From Carpediemonas membranifera BICM (taxonomy: Eukaryota; Protista; Fornicata): a DNA stretch of 64,000 nt. Shown in pieces: positions 1 through 10,814 of this stretch. Under the pieces are notes generated by a model. That model saw only the letters and a list, made by a program, of their open reading frames with translations. It was not told the DNA's origin and did no database searches. Position 1 is the first letter of the stretch. Each line of letters starts with the position of its first letter. The translations under genes were made by a program, and so were the position numbers. The stretch covers positions 1,445,992 through 1,509,991 of the forward strand of contig JAHDYR010000005.1 in the NCBI GenBank assembly GCA_019828565.1. The letters run 5' to 3'.

Positions 1-212
1 CGAGCGGCCTCCTCCTCGGCAAGGCGAGCGGCCTCCTCCTCGGCAAGACGAGCGGCCTCCTCCTCGGCAAGACGAGCGGCCTCCTCCTCGGCAAGGCGGG
101 CGGCCTCCTCCTCGGCAAGACGAGCGGCCTCCTCCTCGGCGAGGCGAGCGGCCTCCTCCTCGGCAAGGCGGGCAGCCTCCTCCTCGGCGTGACGAGCGGC
201 CTCCTCCTCGGC
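1..212 (-). repeat. Coding tandem repeat, 24-bp unit encoding LAEEEAAR
   Basis: About 8-9 copies of cgagcggcctcctcctcggcaag(g/a) with mostly synonymous variation; continues past the window edge. Confidence 0.95.
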
Positions 213-1535
213 ATCGTCATCGCGCTCTGTGGCGTCCTCCTCCGTCGTTGTGTCGGGCAGCACCTCGTCGTAGTCGGAGAACTCGTCGTCGACCACTACA
301 GCGACGTCGTCGACCTCAACCGCCTCGTCTTCGGTCTCATGGCCAGCCTCCACGACATCGGCCTCGGCCACAGGCGAAGCCTCGCTCTCTGCGGCTTCGG
401 GGTCGGCTGTCTCAGCCTCCAGCTCTGCCACAGGCTCGACGTCGGCGGGCTCGGTCTGCGTCTCCTCGGGCCGGGCAGGGGTCTCGACGGCATCCGTGGG
501 CTTGCTCTCAGGGTCCGTCTGGGTCGCCTCGCCCTCCTCGCGGGGCATGTCGGGCGGCGTGGCCTCGGGCGACGCCTCGTCAACAGCGACAGCGCCCTCG
601 TCGGAGAAGAGGGGCTCTGTCTCGACAGTCTCAAGGTCGAGCGTCGCGATCCACTCGCTGATGCGGTCGGCGACGGTCGTCCAGTTCTGGTCGGTCATCA
701 TGCCGTGGCCGACTGGCAGAAGCACAGGCGACACGCCAAACGCCTTCGCCGTCGCGTTGACCTGCCGGCGCTTGATGAACGTGTCGGAGCAGCCTCCCAA
801 GACGAGCACGGGAAGGCCCGACGCGGCGATGGGCGCAACGTCGATCCTGCGCGCGGCGGCCTGGTGGATGGCGCGCAGCGACTCGTCCTGCAGCGTGTGC
901 AGCGAGTTCATGATGATCTCGATGCTCGTGTTCGAGCCGAACATCATGTCGCGCAGCGCCGTCGGCGTGCTGATCAGGTAGCGCGGGCGCAGCGTGAGCG
1001 CCGTCTTGAGCGTCAGCGAGGGGTGTCTGCGCGCCAGCCGGAGGCACGACTTGATGCAGCGGTCGGGCGGCATCGACGCGAGCAGGACGAGTCCGCTGAA
1101 CTTGACCTCGCGCTTGAGCATGAGCTTGGCCGCGTACATGGCGACCTTGCCGCCCATGGAGTGCGCCATGAGCAGGGGGTGGCGGCCCTCGTGGTTGCGG
1201 GTGACGTAGTCCTCGATGAGCATCAGGTCGCTGATGAAATGGCGCATGGCGCAGCCGCGCAGGTGCTGGACCGACGGGAGTGTCGACTCGCCATGGCCAC
1301 GCATCGAGAAGGCGTATGTGTAGAAGCCCTTGGCGCAGAAGTAGTTCAGCAGGTTGAATGTCCAGCAGTCGGCATCGTGGAAGGCGCCGTGGCACAGCAG
1401 GATCGGCACAAGGTACTTCCGCGGGCACACGGGGTCCTTGGAGAGCAAGTGCACCTGGTGCTGCTTGCTCTGGATGAAGAGCGACTGCGGCGGCGACACC
1501 AGCTGCCTGTAGTCCACCGTGCTCAGGCGGTTCAT
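1..1535 (-). CDS. Alpha/beta-fold hydrolase with long acidic linker and (LAEEEAAR)n tail; 3' end runs off the window
   Basis: Not in the ORF track because it has no stop inside the window. My translation from ATG 1535 gives MNRLSTVDY...ILLCHGAFHDADCW...FSMRGHGES...LLMAHSMGGKVA...PVLVLGGCSDTF...VGHGMM, i.e. oxyanion HG, nucleophile elbow (A)HSMGG, Asp and His of the triad. An E/D/A/P-rich linker and EEEAARLA repeats follow. Confidence 0.85.
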   Translation of the reverse strand, partial: MNRLSTVDYRQLVSPPQSLFIQSKQHQVHLLSKDPVCPRKYLVPILLCHGAFHDADCWTFNLLNYFCAKGFYTYAFSMRGHGESTLPSVQHLRGCAMRHFISDLMLIEDYVTRNHEGRHPLLMAHSMGGKVAMYAAKLMLKREVKFSGLVLLASMPPDRCIKSCLRLARRHPSLTLKTALTLRPRYLISTPTALRDMMFGSNTSIEIIMNSLHTLQDESLRAIHQAAARRIDVAPIAASGLPVLVLGGCSDTFIKRRQVNATAKAFGVSPVLLPVGHGMMTDQNWTTVADRISEWIATLDLETVETEPLFSDEGAVAVDEASPEATPPDMPREEGEATQTDPESKPTDAVETPARPEETQTEPADVEPVAELEAETADPEAAESEASPVAEADVVEAGHETEDEAVEVDDVAVVVDDEFSDYDEVLPDTTTEEDATERDDDAEEEAARHAEEEAARLAEEEAARLAEEEAARLAEEEAARLAEEEAARLAEEEAARLAEEEAARLAEEEAA

Positions 1536-1783
1536 CGATGGCTTCTTTCGTCCTGATACGCCGCACTGTTACATGACCATAAATGCCTGGACACCCAACG
1601 CCTGCTATCACACCGACTATCAACCCGCTAAACTCCTCGCATCCACACCCCCGAAGCGTGCTTATCCCCCCACTCCACTGCAGGGTGAATGCAAGCCGTC
1701 ATGTACCGTCGTTCACTTATTTAATCTAGTACTGTATATACCGTCGTTTTCAGAGACAGGCCTCGTCGCCAGCAGTGGCCTAT

Positions 1784-2548
1784 CTACCATCCAGGACCCT
1801 TCTCTCCCCGAACACGTACTGTCGTTGGGGGGCCAAACCCTCTGTAGCCAACGTAACGGTCCTCCACCCTCGCCTGTGGTGAAACGTACTGGGTGGCACT
1901 CTGAGCAGCTGTCTTGCCCTTCTTACCGTGGTACCGCTGACACTTGAACACGAACTCCTTATCAACCACCCAGCGTGGCTCCTGTTCGAACGGATCCTCG
2001 GCCCTCTTCCTCCCTACCGCTCTCATCAGACAAAGTCGGTCTAAAGTCCACCCATTTTCAAACGGCATGTCTTCTAGACCTGCGTAGACTTCGTCCAGAG
2101 TCTCCTTTTTGACCTGCTTTGCTAGGGTTATGTGTGGGCTCACATTGTGGGTCAGGTCCCTTGGACGTAAGTGGAGATTGTTCTTGAGGTGCCACTTGAG
2201 GCTGGCGGAGAGCTTCTTGATCCAATTGGCGCTTTCTTCCGAAGCTTTGATGAAGATGACGTTTGACCCCTGGAAGGTGCCAAAGCCGCTGAGGTCGATC
2301 CTGAATGGCCGCCAGGTGCGAGTTTGTTCTTCCAAAGTGGCATACAGCTCATTCTTTTGGTTGTCTGGGAAGGTGAATGGTTTCTGGATGGTGAAATGAG
2401 GAGGACTGCTCAAAGCACTGGGGTTCTCACACTCTCGGCACGTAGACTTCATCATCTCGCGAAGTTCGAAGGTCAGATCGTCGTCATTTGGAAGCAGAGC
2501 GATGAAATACCTGGAGCGGTTGGTCTCAGGCGCCGTCTCGTCGACCAT
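1784..2548 (-). CDS. 2H phosphoesterase (LigT/YjcG-like 2'-5' RNA ligase / cyclic phosphodiesterase superfamily)
   Basis: Two HxT motifs (PPHFTIQKPF, SPHITLAK), N-terminal YFIALLP and the central LSGFGTF...VIFIK strand. Confidence 0.85.
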   Translation of the reverse strand: MVDETAPETNRSRYFIALLPNDDDLTFELREMMKSTCRECENPSALSSPPHFTIQKPFTFPDNQKNELYATLEEQTRTWRPFRIDLSGFGTFQGSNVIFIKASEESANWIKKLSASLKWHLKNNLHLRPRDLTHNVSPHITLAKQVKKETLDEVYAGLEDMPFENGWTLDRLCLMRAVGRKRAEDPFEQEPRWVVDKEFVFKCQRYHGKKGKTAAQSATQYVSPQARVEDRYVGYRGFGPPTTVRVRGEKGPGW

Positions 2549-2949
2549 AGCTCTTTTAGACGGTGCAGTTTAGTGTACAACGCGATGTGCTATTGAAGGG
2601 TCACACGTCGTCTCATTGTCTTCTATTCCACATTAAATTCGCTAGGCTACAGGGCACCCTCGCCCGACTCGAAGAAGCTCTCGCAGGTGTAGGCTCTCCG
2701 GCCTTCTTCCAGCAGGAGTTGGCCGACGTTCACGCCATCCTCGACATGGTCAACCCTGAGATCCTCGCGTGTCTCCCCTCGCTGTTCTGGGCGGCACACA
2801 TGGGTGAGAACGACGGGCTCCCAGTCTCCCAGGCTGCCCCACGCATTCTCTCTTGCGTCTGGGCAATTGCTGACGGAGTGGAGACGTTGAGTGGCCTCAT
2901 CAGCCACTTCAACGGGGAGTACTCGATGTCGCTCCGCCAGCCTCGCCTC

Positions 2950-3127
2950 GTGCCGTGGTTCTCAGTGGCGCGCAACAGTTCCTGATGCTCTGAATGTTGA
3001 TCATCGGGACAAGAGTGCTGCAGAGAACATCCTGTGGCGTTCTCTTGCCACGGAAGATGAGCTCAGTGGCTCTCCGTTCATTGATCCCACGTCTTCAAAC
3101 ATCATTCCAGCATCATCAATTGGCTAA
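2950..3127 (+). pseudogene. Fanzor/TnpB C-terminal remnant (RuvC-III region)
   Basis: DALNVDHRDKSAAENILWRSLATEDELSGSPF aligns with DILLNLSHRDKSTSENILWCSFDATSDQIEQSPF of the 15290-16245 Fanzor. An upstream 'VPWF' in a shifted frame matches 'APWH'. No Zn finger or RuvC-I/II remain. Confidence 0.75.
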
Positions 3128-3260
3128 CCGCCAACATTCGTCTACGGACGGATGATGTTGTGCAGTTTGGCACTTTGATCGTTCCTTTCAGGCCCTGTCT
3201 TGGAGGTTCGAACAATGTGTTTATACTGCGCAACACGCGACACACCACACAGTCGGTCAC
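3128..3260 (+). ncRNA. Candidate degenerate omegaRNA region downstream of the Fanzor remnant
   Basis: 3200-3236 TTGGAGGTTCGAACAATGTGTTTATACTGCGCAACAC resembles TTGGACTCAACAATTCTAATCCTGCGCAGCAC found downstream of the other Fanzor in the same relative orientation. Boundaries are uncertain. Confidence 0.35.
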
Positions 3261-3789
3261 AATGTAGTACAAGTCGTGGGAAAAGAAGCCGAGAGAGAGA
3301 ATTGCTCTGCTCGGGTAGTCTGCGTCGTCGGTCGTCTGCACCACAGCAGCGGGCACATTCTTAGATAGTACACGAGTGACAACTCGGCCAAAGACCCGAT
3401 GAAGCAGTCACATCAGCACGTCATATAGTGCTAAGGAACCTATGACACTTAGCAGCAGCAGCCAGAGTTGCCAGGCTTATGGTATCTTGGGCAAAAGACT
3501 TCACCCCATGATTAAGCTCCAATGACAAGACCCATATGCGATGCCTACAGCGAGCCCGAGCTTGATTGGGGTCCCTTCGGGCTGGAGTATTGTGAAAATA
3601 AATGGTGGTGTTTGAAAGAGAGGGGAATGTCACCATTCTATCTGGCGGACATTCTCTGAATAGAATCATGTGCAGAAATGATCCTATCAATCGAGTCAGA
3701 CGGACAGTCGCTGTGAAAGAATCGTACACCCTGCACCCACTGCTTGAAAATGCCCAGCACTTCGATACTCAATTACCGCAATTTATGAC

Positions 3790-5593
3790 TCACTCAACAC
3801 TCCGCTTCTCACCCTCCGTGGCCACCGCCTTCCGCTTGTCCCCCCGGGTCGGGTCGACCGTTTCCTTCATCAGCTCCCGAAGCGCCATCGTGGCATACGT
3901 ACTGCTCGCCAGGCTGAAGGAGATATGAAGCGCGCGTCGCGTCTTAGCTTCATCCGACTCTGGCAGAGTCGTGCCCTCGAGTTGGTCACGTTCGGTCAAA
4001 GTGAGTTTCGAGTCAGGCGACGAGTACGAGACGATATCCCACTCCACGTCCGAGGCACTGTTGAGAATACCACGATACGCCCCCATCTGAGTAAAAGGCT
4101 GCCTACACTCTTCCATTACGATCCCCTCAGCGGCGATGAGCTCCTTCATGAACTCCCCAGTCGCATTTTTGGGGAAAATAGTGGTCTCGCCAAAGAGCGG
4201 AAGCACGACGTCCGAGATAGAGTAGACGCTGCTTGTGACATCCTCCTCTGTGACAATCGTCGGGTTGCGGGCCTTCTTATCCTTGAGTACCAAATCTCCC
4301 ACAATCAGCGAATCTTTTGACTGACTCAGCCTGTGGGTCGTGGCGAGGTTAAACACGTAACTCTGGTACGCCGCGAGGAACATCGACCGGTCATTCTTAT
4401 GCAGCTTGGAGAACCCCTCGATGATGCTCCCCCGGCTGTATCCTTTGATCTTAATCGGCCCGAGAATCGCCTTCAAAGCCCCGTTGAACCGCCCAATGCA
4501 GCCTGGCAGAGGGCCCATCTCTCTAGTGGTCAGCCAGTGCTCCTTGGCGGCACGTTCAGTGTCTGAATCCGACTCGAGTGGAGTCATCATAAGATCGAGA
4601 GCTGCCTCAAAATCACGGCGCCAGAGGTGGGCGCCGACCTGGTGGGTTGGGATCTTAGTGGTACTGAAGCGCTGCAGGCCGAAGTAGTTGACGAAACCAC
4701 GCTCGGCGAGAGACTTACAGGCACTGGCGATGTCTTCAGAGTCACCTTCCAAGTCACGCAGGATAAGGTCGAATCTGTTTCCAGAAAGATCGCCAAGGCC
4801 AAGCTGATCGCCCAGAGAGAAGTTTCCGACGAGCACGCGGGCCTCATCCTTGGCTTCGGCGTTGATCTTCGCGACTGCAGCGAGAAGTTTCTCAGGACGA
4901 ATCTTGAACCCCGACACGCGCTGCACAGTGACTCCACGCTTATCCTTCGTCCCTGCCCATGCGAAGAAGGAGTTCGACGTACCGGTGAACATCGCCAGGC
5001 GCTTGATCGTGGCAGAGGTGTCTCTGTTCTCTTTGTAGAGGACGAAGTGGAGGTGCTTGTGAGCTGGGTCAGGCCAGGGTGCTTCTCTGGGCCGCTTGGC
5101 GTGCTTAAGGACGATTGTCTCGCCCTTGGAGTTGCTCTCGGTGGCAGGAAGGCAGCGGCGGACGGTTTGATGGAACGTGCGGCGCGCATCCTTGTCAGAA
5201 AAAGACGTCGACAGTTCGACCTCCTTGGCTTCTTTGCGTACGTACTGCTGAATGGCGGCCTTGTCCTTCTCGCGGTGTTCTTCGGACAGGAGCTGAAGAA
5301 GGGGGACGGGCACGTCATCCTCCGTATCGAAGGGCTCCTCATTGGACTTGAAGCCCGCAGGAATGTCAGTTGAAGTGATATGGAGGACGTTTCCGTTGGG
5401 ATCAATCTCGTTGACGCAGAAGTCTGTGTGAAATGGTGGATGGAAGCGTACCTTCATAGCGCTGCTTCACAGAGCCAGTAAATGAGGACCCTTGGGTTAC
5501 AAATGAGGTGATACCAACATCTGCTAGGTTCACAGGCGCATCAAACCGCGTCTGGTGAAGGGGCATTGGTGAAGCCATCGCTGACTCCGACAT
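3790..5593 (-). CDS. PUS7: tRNA pseudouridine synthase Pus7 (TruD family), one 28-nt intron at 5424-5451
   Basis: AGTKDKRGVTVQ, LGDLSGNRFDLILR, GFVNYFGLQRF and F.L.SSTYATMALRE motifs. Splicing GTACGC...ACACAG restores the conserved KQRYEDFCVNEI. Confidence 0.93.
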
Positions 5594-5837
5594 CGACTGC
5601 GATGGATGGAGAACGAGAGAAGACGCCGGAGCCCCTCAAAAGTCAGTCGGGGTACGGGGCAGCTGGCTTATCGCGTGGGTTTCTCGCCTTTGCCATTCTC
5701 TGTGAAGCATTGCCTCAACCAACCAGAATGCAAACGAGAGCCAAGAAAAGTCGACCAAGGGACGCATAGTCAGTGCTGGAACTCAACGCAGGCAACTAGT
5801 GGCGATTACAAGTGTTTGGGTGTTTACCGTGAAGCAT

Positions 5838-6236
5838 TTACTGCTTCTCCTCGGCGGTCTCCTGAGCCTTCATGTCCTTCTGGAGCTCAGCGAGCTTCTG
5901 GAGCTGCTCGGGGGTGATGGTGTTGCCAATGAGATCCTGCCAGAACTCACCAATGGGGCGGCGGTCCTGGTGGCCACCACTGACGACGAAGGTGTTGCTC
6001 TTGATGTTGGCGTTGATCTCGGGCTTCTGGATCTTGATAACATCACCGTTCTCGTTCTCGTTAAGATAGATCTGAACCTCATCGAATCCGGGAACAGCCT
6101 GGAGCTGGGACTTCTTGGAAGCGGACTTGATGGCAGAGACATCAACGTGAGCACCGTGAGAGTGGGAAGCGGTTCTACGCTGGCCACCGACGCGAGCGGC
6201 GGCACGAGCGGGAAGCTTGCTGCGGTCAACAACCAT
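5838..6236 (-). CDS. BTF3: Nascent polypeptide-associated complex beta subunit (BTF3/Egd1-like)
   Basis: Basic N-terminus (RVGGQRR), NAC domain (GFDEVQIY...VIKIQKPEINANIKSNTFVVSG) and C-terminal 'LQKLAE' helix. Confidence 0.75.
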   Translation of the reverse strand: MVVDRSKLPARAAARVGGQRRTASHSHGAHVDVSAIKSASKKSQLQAVPGFDEVQIYLNENENGDVIKIQKPEINANIKSNTFVVSGGHQDRRPIGEFWQDLIGNTITPEQLQKLAELQKDMKAQETAEEKQ

Positions 6237-6622
6237 GGGAAGGAACTTGCTGGAGCTAGCTGAGCATGAAAAAAGTTTTCATTTTTTTGTGGTAAAAAAG
6301 TGGAACGGAACCAATGGACAAAGGCAGTCCAGAGTGCTCTTCTCAGCCCGCGCCTAGTGTATGATATCGTTAAGCAGGTTTAAACGTTGAGGTGGGTTCA
6401 CTCGACCAGACCATGTGGGAGAGTCCCAGGTGATAGCCCACGACGATGAAGGACTGGATTCACTCAGTAGCAGAGTGGGCGCAGTTCAGAACAGCTTGTT
6501 CGAGCTGTTTTCGAGCTCCAAGCTGCTGATCCTTATACTGCACTTTGAGAACGGGCCGAGCGTGTTCATTCCAAGAACCAAGCCCAACAAGGCATTGGAG
6601 CTTTTCATAACGGCATACAAAC

Positions 6623-7108
6623 ATGGACACCCCGACGAATAGCCTCGATAAGGTGCGAGAAAGCCAAGAGATCTTTGACTTCTTCGATTCTGAGCGCAAC
6701 GGGACGATTGTAGTCAAAGATATTGAACGCGTGTTCAATTTGCTCGGCGTACCGCTCGCTGCCAAAGAAGCACTGAACATTCTCACCGAACTCGACGCTG
6801 ATGACTCTGGCGAGATCGATTTCGTGGAGTTCGCGACAATCATGGCCAATGTGGACACCATCGACGCCTCCACGGTTATAGACGAGTGCTTCAACCTCCT
6901 CCGTCCCGAGAACGGAACCGTCTCCCTCGAATCCCTCTTCACGGTTCTCAAGTCCCTCGGCTTTACCACAGAATATGACGATATTCTCCTGTTCGTGGCG
7001 CAGATGGCCGATGTCTCGCTCACAAGGACTAAGGGCCACATTGCCGTTGACAGGAAGCAGTTCGAGGCCCTTGTCAGGCTGGCGTTCAGTCATATAGGGC
7101 TGGGGTGA
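6623..7108 (+). CDS. EF-hand protein, calmodulin/centrin-like
   Basis: EIFDFFDSERNGTI and ELDADDSGEIDFVEF loops; 161 aa; C-lobe degenerate. Confidence 0.8.
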   Translation: MDTPTNSLDKVRESQEIFDFFDSERNGTIVVKDIERVFNLLGVPLAAKEALNILTELDADDSGEIDFVEFATIMANVDTIDASTVIDECFNLLRPENGTVSLESLFTVLKSLGFTTEYDDILLFVAQMADVSLTRTKGHIAVDRKQFEALVRLAFSHIGLG

Positions 7109-8411
7109 AGTGATCAGCACACAGTGACGATACTACTACTACTGGTGATGCTGGTATGTCGCTTGATGGAATGAGACTGCGTGGGCTTGGCACATCTAAT
7201 TATCCATCCAATCTCGGAGGCCTAACTGTTGATTTGGACCAATTTTACACATCGTGGAACAATAAACGAATTGCACATCTCTTTATGATGCTAAGCATTC
7301 TTCCATCGTTGGGACCTAGCGCAGATAGGTGACAGGAGCTGGAAGACAGGCGATCCCCTCGCGAGAACCCATTCCATCGCCGGTAACAGGTTCCTCTGCC
7401 ATATAGGGCTCGTTCATAGGAGAAGATGAAGCCATTTGGTTGCCCATTTCAGTAATACGGGAAGATATAGTTTTTGTGGCCATAATCTGCGAATGAAAAT
7501 GACGAGATCTAAGATTATCGTAGGTTGTTGACGCCACATAACACACATTGACAGACTTGTTGACCTTCTGAAGCATAAATTTGACCATACAGCCTGATTG
7601 TCTTCCACCTCTTTTGCGATTGCTTTCGCTGAGTGGATCTGTCCGAGCTGGCACTCGGTGTCGTACAAACATCTGATGGAGTTGCATATAATCATCCCTG
7701 GAGACCCATAGACGCCGAGCGGTCTCCCCTTCACGATGGCCTAGTTATGGTGTGAGATTTCCACACAGGCGCAGTGATCTATATCTCGAGTGGTCGGCTC
7801 AGAACATGACACAGGGAGGAATCTCGTTTACTGGCCGACCCACGGTCAATGCCGACTGGGGTGATCTCCAACCAAATCATACTAGGCTCATCACAGGGGA
7901 AGACAAGCTCAGCCACCCCTTCTGACTCAGCCACCACTTCAAACCACTTGTTGGCGGTGTCGCGGAAGCAGTAGGGATCCGGTTGGACCTCCGTTGCTTC
8001 AATAGGTGCCACGATAAGAATCTCTTCCTTGGAACGGGTGGCACCCTCGGTCACGCAGACAATGCAAGAAACTTCACACCAGAACCCCTTGAGTCTCCAC
8101 GGGATCTGAAGCGGGGTGGGTGTGAAGCAGAGGTCGTCCTCACTGTACCCAGGCAGCAGGCCCGACTGGGAAAATAATCGCGAACTTTGGCAGCGAGATG
8201 CAGCTGGCGGCCACTGAGGAAGACGTTGAAGCAACTATCAGTTGTGGCAAGCCGGTCGACCATGAAGGGCAGCGACTCAAAACCAGTTATTGCATTCTCA
8301 TCTCGTGGCCGGTATGCCTCCTTAAACTGTCGACCCGCCCCATGAAGACCGCCAACACAGACTCTCCTGACCCAACACCCGGAAAAGCACATTATTTACA
8401 ACCCCTCACAC

Positions 8412-9905
8412 TCACCTCTGCCGCATGGCCACCCGCTGGGCCCCGCTCATTACGACGGCCGGCTCCTCGTGGACAATGCGGGCGGGCGGCACGATGAGCT
8501 GGTCGTTCACCTCTGATGCAAGATGCTCCCTCAACCAGCCGCGCAGCTCCTCATTCTGAGCGGCAATGGCCGAGTTCTGCTCATAAAGTTTTGTCCGCTC
8601 GAGCAGGGTCGAGTGGAGCTCCTGAAGTCCCCGCTCAACGTTTGTCCACAGCTGTGTGCGGCGGGCAGGGAAAAGATGGCTCAGTCGCTTCCAAAACTCT
8701 GACTCGTCGCGGGCGGGGTCAGTTGACTCGGCCGTCTCGCTTTCGACAAGCCAGTCGAGATCTGGACCCTCGATACCGGCCGAGAGGTACTCAAGACGCT
8801 GCCTGAGGTGACCCACGAGGCCTAGTTCCCGCAGTAGCTGGGTCATCTCGGCGGGTGGTTCCCACTGAATGCCGAGGACCTCGCGGTGGATGGACTGATC
8901 GGCGATCACGATCTTGGCCAGGCGTGCGATAAACTCTTCTTGATGTAGGGACCATGTTTCGCGGAATCTCTTCGCGTCGTCGGCTTCAAAGTGCTTGAAC
9001 TTCTCTTGAAGTTGATGGAAGCGCTCAGTGGCCGCCTTGTAGTCTGCTGTGAGCTTGTCGTTGTCGTGGCGGTGGTGCTTCTCCGACTTCTCGTACGCTG
9101 CGACCGCCTTAGCGAGGAGATCGCCCAGTTTGCCAATCTTACGCTTATTCTGGCTGATGAGGTTGGAAGTCTCGATATCTCTTTCGTTAAGCACCCTGTA
9201 GTTGTACTCAAGCTTCTCTGCGTTCAGCTGGTACGTAGCCCGCATGTCTTCGAGCTGCTGCTCGAGTGTGGCCGCCTCTTGCTCCTTCTCCATCTTCAGG
9301 AGCTGGTACTCTTCCATATCCTTGCGCCGGGTCTCATCTATCTTCTCGTGGTACTCGGCGATCATCTTCTGGCGCTGCTCTATGCTGCTGACCTCGAGGG
9401 CGCGGCGTTCTTCGACGACGACATCCATCTCTTCGCGGTTGGCTTTGAGAAGATCGCTGCGTTGACGCATGAAGGACTCCTCGAGCTGTGCCAGTTCCTC
9501 CTCGTAGTTCTTCCGCATCTTGTCGAAGTTTGCCTGCATTTGGCTCACGACGTCGCGAATTTCCGTCTCTTGGTTGCGGAGAGTGCGTGCATACTCCTCA
9601 TCCTTCTGGGAGAGCTTGTTATCAAGAGATTCAACAAGAGCAGTCTTCGCAGCAAGCACCTCATCGCACTGCCGCTTCAGTTCGTCAAGCTCTTCAAGAA
9701 TTCTGTATGGATCAGCCCCTGCGAGCTCCTCAAGCTTGCTCCAGGCTATTTGAAGTGCTTTGCGTGAAGTTTCGGCGTCGCGTTCGGCCAATGCCTTCTC
9801 GTCGAGATCAAGTTCCATCGGTGTTGTTCGATGCATAAACTGCACGTTTCGACAATGGAGCGGTTCTGCTGAAACTGTGGCGATACTCTTGCACTCAGCG
9901 ACCAC
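8412..9905 (-). CDS. DRC1: Dynein regulatory complex subunit 1 (CCDC164/DRC1)
   Basis: Coiled coil with the diagnostic LEQQLEDMRATYQLNAEKLEYNYRVLNERD...KFKHFEADD and C-terminal QNEELR..L..VNDQLIVPP. The start is uncertain (first in-frame ATG at 9836). Confidence 0.85.
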   Translation of the reverse strand: MVAECKSIATVSAEPLHCRNVQFMHRTTPMELDLDEKALAERDAETSRKALQIAWSKLEELAGADPYRILEELDELKRQCDEVLAAKTALVESLDNKLSQKDEEYARTLRNQETEIRDVVSQMQANFDKMRKNYEEELAQLEESFMRQRSDLLKANREEMDVVVEERRALEVSSIEQRQKMIAEYHEKIDETRRKDMEEYQLLKMEKEQEAATLEQQLEDMRATYQLNAEKLEYNYRVLNERDIETSNLISQNKRKIGKLGDLLAKAVAAYEKSEKHHRHDNDKLTADYKAATERFHQLQEKFKHFEADDAKRFRETWSLHQEEFIARLAKIVIADQSIHREVLGIQWEPPAEMTQLLRELGLVGHLRQRLEYLSAGIEGPDLDWLVESETAESTDPARDESEFWKRLSHLFPARRTQLWTNVERGLQELHSTLLERTKLYEQNSAIAAQNEELRGWLREHLASEVNDQLIVPPARIVHEEPAVVMSGAQRVAMRQR

Positions 9906-10026
9906 AAGCAGTCATATTGTTGCCCATGATCAATCCAACATTCACCCACCAAGCCAAGGAGGAGTCCAAGCACTGCTCCTAGCTCACCCGCAGAGCACCA
10001 TCCGATGACTCACTCCCGAATGCAAT

Positions 10027-10785
10027 TTATCTCCCCCTGCCCCTTCTGTCGCGGCCATTCTCGTCCCTCTCGTGATACTGGACGCTGAGAATAATGTTGT
10101 GGAACGGTGTCCTGTTATACCGCTCAGCAGCGGTCTTAGCAGCCTCGATAGTGCTGAAGTTGACATAACCGAAGCCTCTGGAGGCGCCAGTGTTGTAATC
10201 TGTGACAATCTTGACCCGGGTGGGGGTTTCCATCGACATGCGGGGTTCGCCAAGCTTGTCGTGGTTAAACAGATCCCGGATCATGTCCTCCGTGATGGTA
10301 TCCGCAAGGCCGTCGATACGGCAGCAAGGCTCCTGGTGGCTAGCGACCCGACCCATCGCGCCTGGCTGGCCGCGTTTGGACGGGGGAACATATGCGCCAC
10401 CAGTAGAGGCGGGCTGCTCCGGTGCGTGGACAGTGAGATCATCCACGGGAGCGTTGCCCTTGTTGGGGCAATTGATCGTCATGTGAGAACCACCGCAGAT
10501 ACGGCACGCGAAAGCAACCTTGGCCTCCTCCTTCTTCTTCCCGTCTTCCTCTTCTTGCCTCTTACGGAGCAAAATGACGGATTGGGGAATCAGAGACACA
10601 GTCTGAAGCTCTTCAACAGTGATAAGGTGAATTGGATCCTGATTGGCTTCTACACCAAAGCCAGGGAGCTCAAGACGCTCAGCAACACGACGAGGAACGC
10701 GAACCTTCTGGATCACAGACATATTGGCTGAGTTCTGACGAGTTTGCGTTTCGACTTCCCCAGAGTCGATTCTTATTCTGCACAT
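10027..10785 (-). CDS. EIF3G: Translation initiation factor eIF3 subunit g
   Basis: VAER...FG, Zn knuckle CRICGGSHMTINCP, YVPPSKR and RRM with RGFGYVNF. Alternative start at 10722. Confidence 0.9.
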   Translation of the reverse strand: MCRIRIDSGEVETQTRQNSANMSVIQKVRVPRRVAERLELPGFGVEANQDPIHLITVEELQTVSLIPQSVILLRKRQEEEDGKKKEEAKVAFACRICGGSHMTINCPNKGNAPVDDLTVHAPEQPASTGGAYVPPSKRGQPGAMGRVASHQEPCCRIDGLADTITEDMIRDLFNHDKLGEPRMSMETPTRVKIVTDYNTGASRGFGYVNFSTIEAAKTAAERYNRTPFHNIILSVQYHERDENGRDRRGRGR

Positions 10786-10814
10786 TTGAGCGGAGCTCTA
10801 TCTGAAGAACAGTG

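Noticed and set aside
1-212. 24-bp repeats as a CRISPR-like array
   Set aside because: There are no spacers, the period is a multiple of 3, and variation is mostly synonymous in the minus-strand frame.
189-1556. 455-aa + strand ORF
   Set aside because: Antisense shadow of the GC3-rich minus-strand hydrolase gene. The same applies to the many antisense ORFs over dynein and other genes.
2563-2985. 140-aa ORF upstream of the Fanzor remnant as its N-terminal part
   Set aside because: It lacks RuvC-I/II and Zn-finger motifs; only the last few codons resemble the Fanzor.
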